Source of the DNA: Gemmatimonadaceae bacterium
Lineage (GTDB): Bacteria; Gemmatimonadota; Gemmatimonadetes; Gemmatimonadales; Gemmatimonadaceae
Direction: 5' to 3'
DNA: 56,438 bases
Assembly: GCA_033763905.1 (NCBI GenBank)
Contig: JANRJP010000028.1
Location: forward strand, 1 to 56,438
A program made the position numbers and the translations under genes. The notes beneath the pieces are model-generated. The model saw only the letters and a list, made by a program, of their open reading frames with translations, was not told the origin of the DNA and made no database searches. Within the stretch, counting starts at the first letter, position 1, and each line of letters opens with the position of its first letter. Below are positions 55,674-56,438 of this stretch, in pieces.

Positions 55674-56438
55674 TCAGTCGCCCGGTGCGGGCACCGGTTG
55701 GGCGGCCGTCCGGGGGCCACCGCGGGACTTGAGCCAGAGCCCAGCGTCGTCGATCAACGAGTAGACCACCGGCACGACATAGAGGGTCAGCAGGGTGGAC
55801 GTGATCAGTCCGCCAATCACGGCGTGCGCCATCGGGCTCCGCTGCTCGGCCCCTTCGCCGATCGCGAAGGCCAGCGGCAGCATCCCGGCGATCATCGCGA
55901 CCGTGGTCATGATGATCGGGCGGACGCGGACGCGAGCGGCGTCCAGAATCGCGGTCAGGCGATCGGCGCCTTCGCTACGGCGCTGGTTCACGAAATCGAT
56001 CAGCAGGATGCCGTTCTTCGTCACCAGTCCCATCAGCATGATGATGCCGATCATCGACATCACATTCAGGGTGCCCCGCGTCATCAGCAGGGCGATCGTC
56101 ACCCCGAGCAGCGACAGCGGCAGCGCCAGCATAATGCTGAGCGGCTGCACGAACGACCCGAAGATCGAGGCAATGATCAGGTAGATGAACACCACCGCGA
56201 GCAGGATCGCCTCGCCGACGTAGCCCTTGGTTTCGTTCAGGTTCTGGGCATCGCCGCCGAAGTTGGTGAAGTAGCCAGTCGGCAGGCCGACGGCGTTCAT
56301 CGCATCGCGCGCCTTGCCCGCCACGTCACCCACCGCAAAGCCGGGCATCACGCCGGCCGAGATGGTGATCGAGCGCTCGAGCATCCGGCGTTCGATCGCC
56401 TGCGGGCCGACATCCGCGCGGACTTCGGCGACCTGCTC
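55674..56438 (-). CDS. RND efflux permease (AcrB family), C-terminal part
   Basis: GLVTKNGILLIDF, RVRPIIMTT, AVIGGLITSTLLTLYVVPV; frame open to the window edge. Confidence 0.93.
   Translation of the reverse strand, partial: EQVAEVRADVGPQAIERRMLERSITISAGVMPGFAVGDVAGKARDAMNAVGLPTGYFTNFGGDAQNLNETKGYVGEAILLAVVFIYLIIASIFGSFVQPLSIMLALPLSLLGVTIALLMTRGTLNVMSMIGIIMLMGLVTKNGILLIDFVNQRRSEGADRLTAILDAARVRVRPIIMTTVAMIAGMLPLAFAIGEGAEQRSPMAHAVIGGLITSTLLTLYVVPVVYSLIDDAGLWLKSRGGPRTAAQPVPAPGD

Overview
High-GC (~70%) bacterial chromosome segment; gene repertoire and protein style suggest Gemmatimonadota, which is inferred, not proven. Most of it is housekeeping: hisG-hisD-hisC behind a His6 leader-peptide attenuator, ispG, a divergent argR-argH / argC-argB-argD cluster with ARG boxes, moeB, pntAA-pntAB-pntB, two cold-shock genes, a GH3 hexosaminidase, ctpA, a two-component pair and the 3' end of an RND pump. 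The most striking feature is a ~14 kb mirror-symmetric locus (26.2-40.0 kb) holding two different, convergent, non-classical chaperone-usher-like pilus operons. Operon 1 has four paralogous DUF4402-like pilins, a chaperone and an usher-like protein fused to an OprF/OmpA-type C-terminus. Operon 2 has WxL-like pilins, a chaperone, an usher-like protein and a lipoprotein. Each operon has a sigma54-like TGGCAC element ~93 nt before its first ATG, clustered GTCACG repeats and a divergent small secreted gene. Other notable items: a plasmid-type replication-initiator-like gene embedded in a housekeeping operon, an acidic/basic histone-H1-like disordered protein, a 135-bp T-ending-codon patch inside hisD, about ten apparently leaderless genes, and several apparent pseudo-enzymes. 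No rRNA, tRNA, CRISPR array, transposase or integrase was recognised. All family calls come from motif recognition by eye.
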